NCBI GenBank assembly: GCA_963749495.1
Contig: CAVVMW010000008.1
Location: 1 to 64,000, forward strand
Origin: an uncultured bacterium
GTDB lineage: Bacteria; Verrucomicrobiota; Verrucomicrobiia; Limisphaerales; UBA8199
Length of the DNA stretch: 64,000 nucleotides
Direction: 5' to 3'
Below are positions 22,027 to 32,839 of this stretch, one piece after another. The notes beneath the pieces were generated by a model. It was not told where the DNA came from. It was given only the letters and a program-made list of their open reading frames with translations, and made no database searches. The translations under genes and the position numbers were made by a program. Numbering within the stretch: position 1 is the first letter of the stretch; the number at the start of each line of letters is the position of its first letter.

Positions 22027-23811
22027 TTAATTGCCGCCGAGAAGCAGCCGCAGCTTTTCCGGTCCAACCGGTTCTTCCGCTACCCACGGCACGAGTGCCG
22101 TTCGTGGGGAAAGCCGCTCGACAACTTCGCCAATGTAGGGGGCTTCTCCGCGTCCGCGCTCCATGAGGAGCGGATCACGCGTCCCGCTCTGCGCGAAGCT
22201 CTGGTTGATGACCCAGGCAAACGGCTCGATTCGGGCGCGGCGCAGGTCGTCCTGCAACGCGGCAGCCTCATGAACGGGCGTCGCTTCGGGCAGCGTGATG
22301 AGCAGGACGCGGGTGAAGCTCCGGTCGCGCAGGCGCGGCAGCAGGTGTTGGACCTCTTCGGGCATGCCGCTGGCCTTGCGCGCCACTTCGCGATGGTAGG
22401 CCTCCGTGGCGTCGAGCAACAGCAGCGTGTGCCCGGTGGGAGCGGTGTCCAGCACCACAAAGGCCTCTTCGCCTTGCGCCACGGTCCGGGCGAAGGCGCG
22501 GAACACGGCGACTTCTTCCGTGCAGGGCGAACGCAAGTCTTCCTGCAGCAAGGCGCGTCCGTTGGCGTCGAGGTCTTTGCCGGAGGTGGCCATGACCAGG
22601 TCCACGTAGGCCTTCGTCTCGGCCCGCGGGTCAATCCGCCCCACCTGCAGCCCTTGGATTTGTCCCGCCGCCGCCGCGACGTGCGCCGCCGGGTCGGTTG
22701 TGCTCAGATGCACCTTGAAGCCCCGGCGCGCCAGTTCCGTCGCAATCGCCGCCGCCACCGTTGTCTTGCCCACGCCGCCTTTGCCCATGGTCATGATGAC
22801 GCCGCGCCCGGCCGCCGCGAGTTCGTCCACCAGAGCCCCGAGTGAATCCACTGGAAAAGAGACCAGTGAGCCGTGCCCATGAGGGCTGGCCACTTGGGTC
22901 TGTCCCTTCTGGAGCAAGGCCCGCAGAGCCTCGATGCCCACCAGGTTGTGCGGGCGCAACGGCACTTCGGTCAACGGAAGCCTGGCAAGAAATTCCCGCG
23001 TGGCCGCCAGAGATTGTGCCTCACGGCGTTCCAGCGCCAGGGCCAATGGATCCGAGTCCGCCGCCCGGAACAGCCCGTTCAGGATGAGTCGCTGATTCTG
23101 CACGCCGATGGCCGCGAGTTCCTGGCTTGTGCGCTCCGCCTCGGCGAGCGTGGCCCTCTGCGCCCGGCCCACAAGCACCATGGTTGTCCGGGCCGCGTCT
23201 GCCAGGGACGCCACCGCGCTCTGGTAGAGGACCCGCTGTTTCTCCAACCCGGCCAGCGGCCCCAGGCACGAGTTGCCCGTGCTATTGGTGTCGAGGAATC
23301 CCGTCCACGCGCCCGGCAGCGAGAGCAACCGGAGCGTGTGCCCGGTGGGCGCGGTGTCGAAAACGACATGGTCGAAGTTGGCGGTGGCGCCCGGTTCGCC
23401 CAGAAGCCGGGAGAACTCGTCGAACGCGGCAATCTCCATCGTGCAGGCGCCTGAGAGTTGTTCCTCCATGCCCCTGATTACGGCCTCGGGCAGCTTGCCG
23501 CGGCAGGGGCCGACGAGCTTTTCACGGTAGGCCCGCGCCGCCGCTCCGGGGTCAATATTCAGGGCGAACAAGCGCGGCACGTTAGCTACCGCTGTGGGCG
23601 TTGTTTGCAGCCTCGCGCCGAGCACTTCGTCGAGGTTGGACGCCGGGTCCGTGCTGACCAGCAACACGCGGCTGCCTCGGTCGGCCAGCGCAATGGCGGA
23701 GGCGCACGCGAGTGAGGTCTTGCCCACACCGCCCTTGCCTGTGAAAAACAGGAAGCGCGTCGGCCGCTCAAGAAACCGGGTCAGCGAAACGTCCTCAGCG
23801 GAGGTTCCCAT
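22027..23811 (-). CDS. arsA: Arsenical pump-driving ATPase
   Basis: Two GKGGVGKT P-loops, two DTAPTGHT motifs, conserved Cys residues. Confidence 0.96.
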   Translation of the reverse strand: MGTSAEDVSLTRFLERPTRFLFFTGKGGVGKTSLACASAIALADRGSRVLLVSTDPASNLDEVLGARLQTTPTAVANVPRLFALNIDPGAAARAYREKLVGPCRGKLPEAVIRGMEEQLSGACTMEIAAFDEFSRLLGEPGATANFDHVVFDTAPTGHTLRLLSLPGAWTGFLDTNSTGNSCLGPLAGLEKQRVLYQSAVASLADAARTTMVLVGRAQRATLAEAERTSQELAAIGVQNQRLILNGLFRAADSDPLALALERREAQSLAATREFLARLPLTEVPLRPHNLVGIEALRALLQKGQTQVASPHGHGSLVSFPVDSLGALVDELAAAGRGVIMTMGKGGVGKTTVAAAIATELARRGFKVHLSTTDPAAHVAAAAGQIQGLQVGRIDPRAETKAYVDLVMATSGKDLDANGRALLQEDLRSPCTEEVAVFRAFARTVAQGEEAFVVLDTAPTGHTLLLLDATEAYHREVARKASGMPEEVQHLLPRLRDRSFTRVLLITLPEATPVHEAAALQDDLRRARIEPFAWVINQSFAQSGTRDPLLMERGRGEAPYIGEVVERLSPRTALVPWVAEEPVGPEKLRLLLGGN

Positions 23812-23816
23812 TGTTT

Positions 23817-24431
23817 TCAGCGACAACATGAAGTCTTCGATTCCGGTTCGGTGTGGCTGGCTGTTCCACAGCAGGGATCGGCGGTGTCAGCCGGTTTGCC
23901 TTCCGCAGAGCCCGTCAGCTTGTCGGCGAGACGAAGGATCGCCTGGTGCGGTGAGTCCTTCACTCGGGCAGCCATCGACACCGCGCTCGCCATGTCAGCC
24001 TTCGAGACGCCCAAGAGCTGGGCTTGGCGATAGTGATACTTGAGACAGGGTTCGCAATTGGCGGCGATGGCGGCGCCGATGGCCACCAGTTCGTTCACCG
24101 CCGGCGAGTAATGGCTCGGCTTGGCCGCAACGAGGCCGGCCAAGGCAGCCAGTTCAGCGCGCTCCGGGTAACGTCCGCTTGCCACGACGCGTCCGTCGGC
24201 CAGGACCAGCGGCAGCGCCGACTCACCCTTGTTGGTGAGGGCTTGCTTCACCTCATCGTTTTCTACGAAGGCCGCCGGGTTTTGTGCCAGGTTGAACCGA
24301 TGGGCCTCCACGCCCTGCTCCTGCAGCCACTTTAGATCCGCGCCAAACCGCGCGAGCGCTGGATCAACATTCGGGCCGCACACGCCCGTGGAGCAACACA
24401 TCGCGCGCTCGTAAATTTCAAGTCGTTTCAT
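23817..24431 (-). CDS. arsD: ArsD metallochaperone fused to a CMD/AhpD-like domain
   Basis: AMCCSTGVCG; then ELVAIGAAIAANCEPCLKYH; CC pairs in the tail. Confidence 0.9.
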   Translation of the reverse strand: MKRLEIYERAMCCSTGVCGPNVDPALARFGADLKWLQEQGVEAHRFNLAQNPAAFVENDEVKQALTNKGESALPLVLADGRVVASGRYPERAELAALAGLVAAKPSHYSPAVNELVAIGAAIAANCEPCLKYHYRQAQLLGVSKADMASAVSMAARVKDSPHQAILRLADKLTGSAEGKPADTADPCCGTASHTEPESKTSCCR

Positions 24432-24434
24432 AGT

Positions 24435-25163
<729 letters not shown>

Positions 25164-25164
25164 G

Positions 25165-26382
25165 CTAAATCTCCTGCAAGGCGGCGCTGGGATCCAGCCG
25201 CGCGGCCCGGCGGGCGGGCAGGTAAGTTGCCGCCACGCAAACCACCACCGCCACTCCCACTGCCCAGAAAAGCGTTGCGAGCATTGGGAACACTGGAACC
25301 CCGGCCACGCGCGGGCCGAGGATTGCCGCCATCGCAGTGCCGAGCGTGTAACCACCCAAGCCGCCTGCTAATCCCAACCAGACCGCTTTGAGGATAAACA
25401 GTCGCAGCACCACCGAAGAACTAGCGCCGAGCGCCATCAAGGTGCCGATTTCACGCCGCCGCTCAAATACGTTTGCGAACATGTAATTGGCGATACTGGC
25501 CCCCCCCACCAGCACGATGATCGTCAGGAACAGAAGCGAAAGCCGGCCCATCATGCGGTTAGTCTTGATTTGCGTATCCACGATCTGCGTAATCGTTGCC
25601 ACCTTGGCGTCGGGCAAAAGCTGGTTGATTTTCTGCACCAGCCCCTGCGAAATCTGTTGGCAACACCCGACAACCTCGATGGCGTTCACCACAGCGCCCT
25701 TGCCGGCCATTTGCTGCACGGTGTGCAGATGGGCAAACGCCCGCGAGTCGTCCACCGTCCCGGTCTGCGGCAGCACCGCATTCACTTTGAAGGGCCTCCC
25801 CATCAAGGCGACGGTTGCTCCCTCGCTCAGCTTCAACGCGGCAGCCATGTCCGCACCGACGAGGACCTCGTTGGTGGCGAGGGTTTGTATCACGCGCTTC
25901 CGCACCAGCGTTTCCTTGGCGGGTGCGGCCAGGCCAGGCACATCCGCAGCCACGCCGCAGTTCTCGGGCCGCGTAAAAATGCCCACCGTTTGCCATGCCA
26001 TTTTGGCTTGAAATTCATTCTTCGGCAGAATTCCCGTCAGGACAAACCGTCGCCCGCTAATTTCCACCGGGACCGACAGCTTCGGCGAGAGGTTGTCCAA
26101 ACCCTTGAGGTCCGAGGCTGTCAAGCGCGCGACGTATTCCTCGGGAAACTCCTCATTCTGCATGTCCGCGCTGTAATAGTCCTGGAGCGAGGCGGACTTG
26201 GGCAGCACCAGGATGTTCGCTCCGAGCGCATCGAGCTGATACGCCACCGCCTTCTCGGAGTAGAACGTGATGTTCTTCATCGCCACGATCACGCTCACAC
26301 CCAACAGAATGGCGAGAAAGCTGGTGGCTAACTGGTTCTTGCGCTCGAAGACTTCGCGCCAAACAAGCGTCTGAAGTTTCAT
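25165..26382 (-). CDS. ABC transporter permease (FtsX/MacB type)
   Basis: One TM, a periplasmic domain and three TMs; ERRREIGTLMALGA and PARRAARLDP motifs. Confidence 0.9.
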   Translation of the reverse strand: MKLQTLVWREVFERKNQLATSFLAILLGVSVIVAMKNITFYSEKAVAYQLDALGANILVLPKSASLQDYYSADMQNEEFPEEYVARLTASDLKGLDNLSPKLSVPVEISGRRFVLTGILPKNEFQAKMAWQTVGIFTRPENCGVAADVPGLAAPAKETLVRKRVIQTLATNEVLVGADMAAALKLSEGATVALMGRPFKVNAVLPQTGTVDDSRAFAHLHTVQQMAGKGAVVNAIEVVGCCQQISQGLVQKINQLLPDAKVATITQIVDTQIKTNRMMGRLSLLFLTIIVLVGGASIANYMFANVFERRREIGTLMALGASSSVVLRLFILKAVWLGLAGGLGGYTLGTAMAAILGPRVAGVPVFPMLATLFWAVGVAVVVCVAATYLPARRAARLDPSAALQEI

Positions 26383-26400
26383 GGACCGGGCCCCTCAAGA

Positions 26401-27195
26401 CTACTTGGGCGGGGGGCAGCAACCGGAGCCCGGCGCGCAGCATGCAACGGCTTTCTTTAGCGCCGCCTCCCAGCCTGCTTTGGAGGTTGCGCCTCCGACG
26501 CTCGCCACCACCATTCCGGGAGGCGCGAGCAAGGCCGTGCTGGCGGTTTTGGCCTTTGGATCGGCCTTCAGTTGGGCCAGCAGCTTCGCTTCCTTCGTAT
26601 CGGCAGGGTCCACTTTCACAATTTCGGTCCCCTCCGCAAACTGCGGATCGGCCTTGAACTCGTTGACGCCTTTCATGGCAGCGTCATTTGCCTTGGTTTT
26701 CCCGTTCTGCAAGCACACGAAGACGAGCTTCCGCTCTTGCAGCGCCTTGAGGCACTGCTGCATCCCGGGGCTGGCCACGGAGTCCCGGAGCCGTTCTTCA
26801 GTCAGGTCACCGGCCTGGAACCCACCGGTGACTGCGCCATTGGGAGCAATGGCCAGAATCAGGGGCATGGGTGCCCGGCCCACACCAAACTTGGCCACGA
26901 GTTCGCTTTCGCCTGGCGCCGTGCGGTCCACCGCCACCGATTCCGGCGCAGGCGTGATCTCCTTCAGGCCTTCATCGAAGGTCTTTCGGGCCGCCCGCGT
27001 GTCGTCGTCGTCTTTCTCATAGAAAAAGGCAAACAGATACTTGTTGGCGCCAGCGGCCTGTTGCATGGCCGCCAAGCCCTTGCCACCCGGGACTTGTGGG
27101 GCCGGAGTCGAGGGCGGACTTTGATTGTTTTCCGCCGCCAGGCTCGCGAAACCGAGCGCGACGGTGATCATGCCAATAGCTGCTGCTCTTTTCAT
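26401..27195 (-). CDS. Exported protein, possible thioredoxin-like folds, Cys-rich tail
   Basis: Sec signal; two alpha/beta units; ends CCAPGSGCCPPPK. Confidence 0.7.
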   Translation of the reverse strand: MKRAAAIGMITVALGFASLAAENNQSPPSTPAPQVPGGKGLAAMQQAAGANKYLFAFFYEKDDDDTRAARKTFDEGLKEITPAPESVAVDRTAPGESELVAKFGVGRAPMPLILAIAPNGAVTGGFQAGDLTEERLRDSVASPGMQQCLKALQERKLVFVCLQNGKTKANDAAMKGVNEFKADPQFAEGTEIVKVDPADTKEAKLLAQLKADPKAKTASTALLAPPGMVVASVGGATSKAGWEAALKKAVACCAPGSGCCPPPK

Positions 27196-27244
27196 ACTGT
27201 GATGTTTTGTTGTTATAACTGGTTTTCTGCTTCGAACTTCCGGC

Positions 27245-28150
27245 TTACCCGCAGCACCCGCCGCGTCGCGGCCAAGTGTTGTTGGCAAAATTCAACGGAA
27301 CTTTCCGTGCCGTGATTTCCAGGCTGGTGACGTAATCGCTCGGCTTTGCCCCGGCGGGCAGATGAGCGATGATCTTCCGGTAAAGCGGGTCCTGCCAATC
27401 CACCATGCCGTCAACGTAATCGGACTTGGGATCGAGCCGAATGTCGCCGAGTCCAGCTTCTCTCACCATGCCTTCGGTGTCGGAGACCGGCACCGCTCCC
27501 GCCACGCACCCCACCAGGGCCTCGACCATTTCGGCCACCGCGGGCGGCAATGGCTTGAGCAGCGCCAGGTCGGACACCGCTACACGCCCGCCCGGTTTGA
27601 GCACGCGGGCGATTTCTCGCCAGACCCGGGGCTTGTCCGGCGATAGGTTGATGACGCAATTCGAGATGACTACATCCACGCTGGCATCCGCCACGGGCAG
27701 GTGCTCGATTTCGCCCAAGCGGAATTCCACGTTGTCGAACCCAGCCCGCTCGCGGTAAGCCGCGATGTTTTTGCGCGCTTTGGCCAGCATCTCAGGGGTC
27801 ATGTCCACGCCAATTGCCCGCCCGGTGAGGCCAACCTTGCGCCCGGCGATGAAGACGTCGAAGCCGCCGCCGCTGCCGAGGTCGAGCACCACTTCGCCCG
27901 GCTGCAGAGCGGCCAGCGCGTTGGGGTTGCCGCAGGAGAGCCCCATGTTCGCGCCCTCCGGGAGGCCGGCCAGTTCCTCGGCCGAGTAGCCGATGTACTG
28001 GGCCAGTTTCTCGGCCTCCGGCGGCGCCGCGCCGCATGAACTCCCTCCGGAGCCGCAACACGAACTGCCGATCCGGGCGATCTGGCCGTAACCCGCGCGG
28101 ACTTTCTCCCGCACAACCTCCGATTCATTGCACTCTGTTTTGTCTGTCAT
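27245..28150 (-). CDS. arsM: Arsenite S-adenosylmethionine methyltransferase
   Basis: [27 protein letters not shown] and GCVAGA motifs. Confidence 0.95.
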   Translation of the reverse strand: MTDKTECNESEVVREKVRAGYGQIARIGSSCCGSGGSSCGAAPPEAEKLAQYIGYSAEELAGLPEGANMGLSCGNPNALAALQPGEVVLDLGSGGGFDVFIAGRKVGLTGRAIGVDMTPEMLAKARKNIAAYRERAGFDNVEFRLGEIEHLPVADASVDVVISNCVINLSPDKPRVWREIARVLKPGGRVAVSDLALLKPLPPAVAEMVEALVGCVAGAVPVSDTEGMVREAGLGDIRLDPKSDYVDGMVDWQDPLYRKIIAHLPAGAKPSDYVTSLEITARKVPLNFANNTWPRRGGCCG

Positions 28151-28207
28151 AAGCGTATTCCTTCGCCGCTGATGCGCCGCACCGGGCCTTGACCGGCAGG
28201 ACGTTCA

Positions 28208-28642
28208 TCAGCGGTTCTTCGTTGCGATCAAAGCCCCCGGCAGAGTCTCCACGAACTGCCGGATCTCGTCACGCACCCGCCGGTAAACCGCCAGCTTCGC
28301 CTCGCCATCAGGCATGTCTTGGGTCAACTTGGGCGGGTCTTCAAAGCCCACATGGACGACCTTGGTCTTGCCGGGAAACACCGGGCAGTGCTCATTCGCG
28401 TGCCCGCACACGGTCACTACGTAATCGAATACGACGCCCCTCAAATCCGCCAGCGTCTTCGAATAATGCCCGGACAAGTCCACTCCCGCCTCGGCCATGA
28501 CCTTGACCGCGTGCGGATTCATCCCGTGTTTCTCGATGCCTGCCGAATACGGCTCGATGGTGCCGCCCTTGAGATGACGCGCCCAGCCCTCGGCCATCTG
28601 GCTGCGGCAGGAGTTTCCGGTGCAAAGGAAGAGCACTCTCAT
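28208..28642 (-). CDS. arsC: Thioredoxin-coupled arsenate reductase (LMW-PTP fold)
   Basis: CTGNSCRSQMAEG, TVC...CP and FEDP motifs; ATGA overlap with the arsR stop. Confidence 0.94.
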   Translation of the reverse strand: MRVLFLCTGNSCRSQMAEGWARHLKGGTIEPYSAGIEKHGMNPHAVKVMAEAGVDLSGHYSKTLADLRGVVFDYVVTVCGHANEHCPVFPGKTKVVHVGFEDPPKLTQDMPDGEAKLAVYRRVRDEIRQFVETLPGALIATKNR

Positions 28643-29004
28643 GGGCGGCATTGGCGTCGGCACAACTCCGTCGGGTCGATCTTGAGCACCTGTTTTAAGC
28701 GCCTGGCGTCCGCGACGGCTTGCTCATCCTCCGCCAGGGACGAATCCACCCAGGCCAGGGCTGCCCGGGCCGAGGCGGGCGCGTCGTCTTCCGGCCGGGA
28801 GTAATACACCCAACGCCCCTCCTTGCGCATGTTAACCAGCCTGGCTTGGTAAAGGATGGACAGGTGCTTCGACATCGTGGACGGAGCCAGCCCAAACAGC
28901 TCCGTGAGCTGGCAGGCGCACAACTCGCGCCCGCGCAAAGCCAGCACCATGCGGACCCGGTTGGCGTCCGAGAGCGCCTTGCTGAGGTTCATGAACTCGC
29001 GCAT
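28639..29004 (-). CDS. arsR: ArsR/SmtB transcriptional repressor
   Basis: KALSDANR, ELCACQL metal box and HTH. Confidence 0.93.
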   Translation of the reverse strand: MREFMNLSKALSDANRVRMVLALRGRELCACQLTELFGLAPSTMSKHLSILYQARLVNMRKEGRWVYYSRPEDDAPASARAALAWVDSSLAEDEQAVADARRLKQVLKIDPTELCRRQCRP

Positions 29005-29040
29005 TTATTCCATTATTCGCCAAATAGCGAATAATGTCAA
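29005..29040 (-). promoter_or_regulatory. ars promoter with overlapping ArsR operator
   Basis: TTGACA-17bp-AATAAT; perfect inverted repeat CATTATTCGC-N6-GCGAATAATG (29011-29036). Confidence 0.85.
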
Positions 29041-29051
29041 GAGGGACTTTT

Positions 29052-29451
29052 CTCCGGCCCAAAGGGCCGGCAGAGCCTGGCCCAGGGCGGAGGCCGCCAG
29101 GCCGATGCCCTGGGAACATGGCCCCCGGAAAATCGCGCGCGCCCTGAAAGAATTCCCGGAACGAATTCGCGCTTTGCGCCCCTGAACCTCGACACTGCGT
29201 TCCCGTCCCGCGAAGCGTTTTGGACTGCGGCAGTCCTCTGCCGCTTTTGTGTCCCCTCGCTGCCGGCGCGAAAGCGGCAGAGGACTGCCGCAGTCCAAAA
29301 CCTCGCGGGCCTCCTCACGGGTTCATGGAGAGGGCGCCAGAGGGCTCTGGCGCCCTTTGCAGGGCGCGGGGCCCAGGTTGGTGGCGAAACCCCCAGGGCA
29401 TCGGCCTCACGGCCTCAGCCCTGGGCTAGGCTCCGGCGGCCCGTTGGGCCG
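29052..29451. repeat. Composite REP cluster: two family A copies around a 30-bp perfect inverted pair
   Basis: 29052-29150 matches revcomp 62216-62313; 29319-29451 matches revcomp 63136-63262; inverted repeat at 29218-29247/29271-29300. Confidence 0.88.
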
Positions 29452-29571
29452 CGAGGCAGAGCTGCCTCCTGCGCGGTTTGAAACCGCCGGCGCCTGCCAG
29501 GGCCGGGCCCGATTCCGGGCTGACCCAACGGCGTCCTTGGCATCGGTGAAAGGCACGGAGCAAAAAGTGAG

Positions 29572-29720
29572 GCAGAAACGGCGCAGAAACGGCGCAGAAA
29601 CGGCGCACCAAAACGGGACAGATTGCCGGTCATCTCCCGGAACCGCACCACAGTCCACAGTCCACAGTCCGGGGGCCAGAGGCCAGGGTGTCGAGGGCCG
29701 AGGGTCGGGGGTCGGGGGTC
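29572..29720. repeat. Short tandem arrays (11-mer GCAGAAACGGC x3; heptamers CCACAGT and GRGGGTC)
   Basis: Directly visible. Confidence 0.8.
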
Positions 29721-30456
29721 AGAACTGGCCGAGGTTGATGACTTCCATAACTTCATCGCCCATGGCGATGCCATAGACCTTTTCGCGGTTGAGGAAAGCA
29801 ACGACCGAGGATTCGAGGTAAACGCCGGCGACGGCGGGACAGAGGGTTTTGCCCGCCAGCTCGGGGAAAAACTCGGGGAGCCGTTTGAGCTTGTCCCGGT
29901 ATTCCGCAACCTTGGCCGCGTCGATGCGCCGCTTGACCTCGACAACCAGCAGCTTGGCAGGACCGATGGCGAGCAGATCGAGTTCCATCACCTCGCCGGA
30001 CCGTGCGGGGTGCTTGCGCTTGACGCGGATGGCACAGGTCTGCGCCTCCTCGGAACCGAAGACCGTCCTGGCCAGTTGGAAACTGCAAGGGGCGACCATG
30101 TCCTCGATAAGGGTCCCCATGCTGTCGGAAATCGCGGCCAGGCGTTTATTGAAATCCTTACGGTCCTTTTCGGCCTGTTGCCTTTCCTTGTCGGCCTGTT
30201 GCCTTTCCTTGTCGGCCTGTCGCCTTTCCTTGTCGGCCTGTTGCCTATCCTTGTCGGCCTGTTGCCTATCCTTGTCGGCCTGCTGCCTATCCTTGTCGGC
30301 CTGCTGCTGCATTTCCAATAACTGCCGGTCGGTGCGGGCGTGGCCGGCACGGATTTCGGCGATGTCCTCGTGGATGGCCGCGACGACCAAGTCGGTGTGT
30401 TCAATGAACTTGGCCAAGGTGGCTTCCAAGTTAATGACTCGATCTTCCGTTACCAT
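29719..30456 (-). CDS. Coiled-coil + PD-(D/E)xK nuclease-like protein (DUF3782-like)
   Basis: Seven QQADK(D/E)R units (21-bp repeats); MGTLIEDMV and ELDLL...VVEVK motifs. Confidence 0.8.
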   Translation of the reverse strand: MVTEDRVINLEATLAKFIEHTDLVVAAIHEDIAEIRAGHARTDRQLLEMQQQADKDRQQADKDRQQADKDRQQADKERRQADKERQQADKERQQAEKDRKDFNKRLAAISDSMGTLIEDMVAPCSFQLARTVFGSEEAQTCAIRVKRKHPARSGEVMELDLLAIGPAKLLVVEVKRRIDAAKVAEYRDKLKRLPEFFPELAGKTLCPAVAGVYLESSVVAFLNREKVYGIAMGDEVMEVINLGQF

Positions 30457-30656
30457 GGGCGGAATGTACTGCCGCCGAGGGGAAAGGGCAACCGTAGAGA
30501 GCGCGGAGGGCAGAGGGCGGAGTGCGGAGGACGGAGGGCGGAGGGCGGAGGACGGAGGGCAGCGGTCAGCGGCTCAACACACGCCGTGCCAATCAATTCG
30601 CACAGGTGCTGAGTCATGCCCAGCGCACAAAAAAACGGCCTGCGCCGAGAGGGACG

Positions 30657-30844
30657 CAGGCCGTGATGCCCGCATTGTTCACCAGCACGTCCAGACGGCC
30701 AGAGGCATTTCGCGCCTGCTCGAACATGCGCTGGACTTGCCGGACCTTGCCTATGTCCGCCTTGACGACCAGGGCGCGACGGCCCAGTTCGCGAATTTCC
30801 CCCGCCACCGCTTCGGCCCCTGCCCGGTCCGTATTGTAGTTGAG
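30657..30844 (-). pseudogene. Internal fragment of an SDR oxidoreductase
   Basis: NYN...KADIG...GRLDVLVNNAGIT; no Gly-rich start and no YxxxK. Confidence 0.75.
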
Positions 30845-30988
30845 AATAGCCCAACGCTTCAGCGTTGGGTTTGGCTGCAGAGGGGGCAAGTCCCGAAGGG
30901 ACGGCTGAAAATGGGGCACCCTTTCAGCCGTCCCTTCGGGACTCAGGTTGCTTGCGCCTTCAACCCAACGCTGAAGCGTTGGGCCATT
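30845..30988. repeat. Nested REP-like inverted repeats
   Basis: Outer CCCAACGCTTCAGCGTTGGG pair; inner AGTCCCGAAGGGACGGCTGAAA pair. Confidence 0.88.
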
Positions 30989-31086
30989 GTCGGAAGCCCC
31001 TTCGGGGCAAAAAGGCGCCGTGGGCTGACCGGCAGATTTAATCGCACCCGGCCCGAGCCAGCCCCTCATCAACCGCAAGGCCCGGC

Positions 31087-32397
31087 CTACCTGTCCGCCA
31101 CCGACCCCGGCCTGACCCGGCGCACCCGCCACCACGTCACCAAACCGGCAGTCGCGCAGACCATCGCACCCACGGCGACCGTCCACGGCACCCCGACTGC
31201 CTGGGACAACAAACCCGATTCAAGTCCCCCGATGGGCATCATGCCGCCGAACACCACCGCCCAGATGCCCATGACGCGTCCGCGCATCTCATCCGACACG
31301 CCGGTCTGAATGAGGGTGTTAGTCGTCGAGAAGTAGAGCAGCATCCCCCAGCCCCCCACCACCAGGCACGCCAGCACCAGCGGATACCAGCGCACCATCG
31401 CCAGTAGCAGCAGCATGGCCGAAAACAACCACAGTCCGCCCAGAACCAGCAATCGTGGCCGGACCCGGCTCCCGAAGGTTGCCACCGTCAGGGCGCCCAG
31501 GAGAGCGCCAAGGCCGTTGGCGCTGAGCAGCGCCCCGTAGCGGCCTTCCCCCACGTGCAGAATGTCCGTCGCGTATGCGGGCAGCAGGACGGAGTACGAC
31601 CACCCAAAGATGCCCATCACGCCAAAGAGCAGGAGCAGGGCGCGCACGCGCCGATGGCCCGCCACGTACTTCAAGCCCTCCAGCATGTGGCGTCCAGTCG
31701 AGGCCGGTTCTGCCGGGGGCACAAACCTGGGCAGGCGCATCATCAGCAAGCCCGCGATGACCGCGACGAAGCTCAGGCCGTTGAGGAGAAAGCACATCAT
31801 CATGCCCACACGGGCCATGAGGAAGCCCGCGACCGCGGGGCCGATCACCCGCGCGCCGTTGACAATGGAACTGTTGAGCGACACTGCGTTCATCAGGTCC
31901 TGGCGGCTGGTCATCTCCACCATGAACGCCTGGCGGGCGGGCATGTCGAAGGCCATCGCCACGCCGCCCAGGGCCGCCAGCACCAGGATGTGCCAGGCAC
32001 GGATGTGCCCGCTCCCGACTAACGCCGCATACACGAAGGCCAGCACCATCATCCCGCTCTGGGTGAAGAACACCACCGTCCGCTTGGAATGCCGGTCGGC
32101 CAGGGACCCGCCCCACACCGAGAGCAGCAGCATGGGCAGCGACCCGACGGCGGCTACGGTGCCCAGCAGCACCTTCGAGCCGGTCAACCGGTACACCAGC
32201 CAGCCCTGCGCCGTGTTCTGCATCCAGGTGCCGGTGAGCGATACCAGTTGGCCGACGAAGAACAGCTTGAAATTGCGATGCTTGAGCGCGGCGAAGGTGT
32301 CGCGCCACGTGATGCCGCCGACAACAACGCGGCGGGGCTGCCCCGTGACTTCCTGGGGCACGCTGGCAACCTGCGCTGGCTGCTGCGATGATTTCAA
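31087..32397 (-). CDS. MFS transporter
   Basis: About 12 TMs; HRNFKLFFVGQLVSLTGTWMQ and FDMPARQAF motifs. Confidence 0.9.
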   Translation of the reverse strand: MKSSQQPAQVASVPQEVTGQPRRVVVGGITWRDTFAALKHRNFKLFFVGQLVSLTGTWMQNTAQGWLVYRLTGSKVLLGTVAAVGSLPMLLLSVWGGSLADRHSKRTVVFFTQSGMMVLAFVYAALVGSGHIRAWHILVLAALGGVAMAFDMPARQAFMVEMTSRQDLMNAVSLNSSIVNGARVIGPAVAGFLMARVGMMMCFLLNGLSFVAVIAGLLMMRLPRFVPPAEPASTGRHMLEGLKYVAGHRRVRALLLLFGVMGIFGWSYSVLLPAYATDILHVGEGRYGALLSANGLGALLGALTVATFGSRVRPRLLVLGGLWLFSAMLLLLAMVRWYPLVLACLVVGGWGMLLYFSTTNTLIQTGVSDEMRGRVMGIWAVVFGGMMPIGGLESGLLSQAVGVPWTVAVGAMVCATAGLVTWWRVRRVRPGSVADR

Positions 32398-32839
32398 CGG
32401 AGCCCCGCTTCCAACTTCGCCCGGCCGTCACGCAGAATGGAAATGGCGGTGCGGGCGATCTCGCGGCGTCCGGCCAGCGGCGCCAGGGGCGGCGCACCCT
32501 CTGGTGTCAGCGGCCGCAGCACTAGGCGCCCGGGCTCCAAGATGAGTTGTTGGATCATGTTCCCATCCGGAGTTTATTCCAGGACCCCTGAACTCCGCAA
32601 CATCCGGCTCGTCGGTTCACGCGTGAGGAACTGGTTGATTTCGTGAACCGCCTCGCCGCTTGCGCGAATCTCCTGTGCGCCTGCAAAAGGTGCGAGGACG
32701 TCTCGCGGACCCTGGAGCGTCTATTTGACCGCAGAGACGCAAAGGACGCAGAGATTGGCTTCGCTTGTCTGCGCCTTCACTGACCGGTCCCGCTCCCGTT
32801 TGCATCGGCGCCGGCCTGGGCTACAGTCTGGGATAACCG

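Noticed and set aside
30160..30310. 21-bp repeats, and other short arrays, as CRISPR
   Set aside because: No spacers; the repeats are coding or short-period; no cas genes are present
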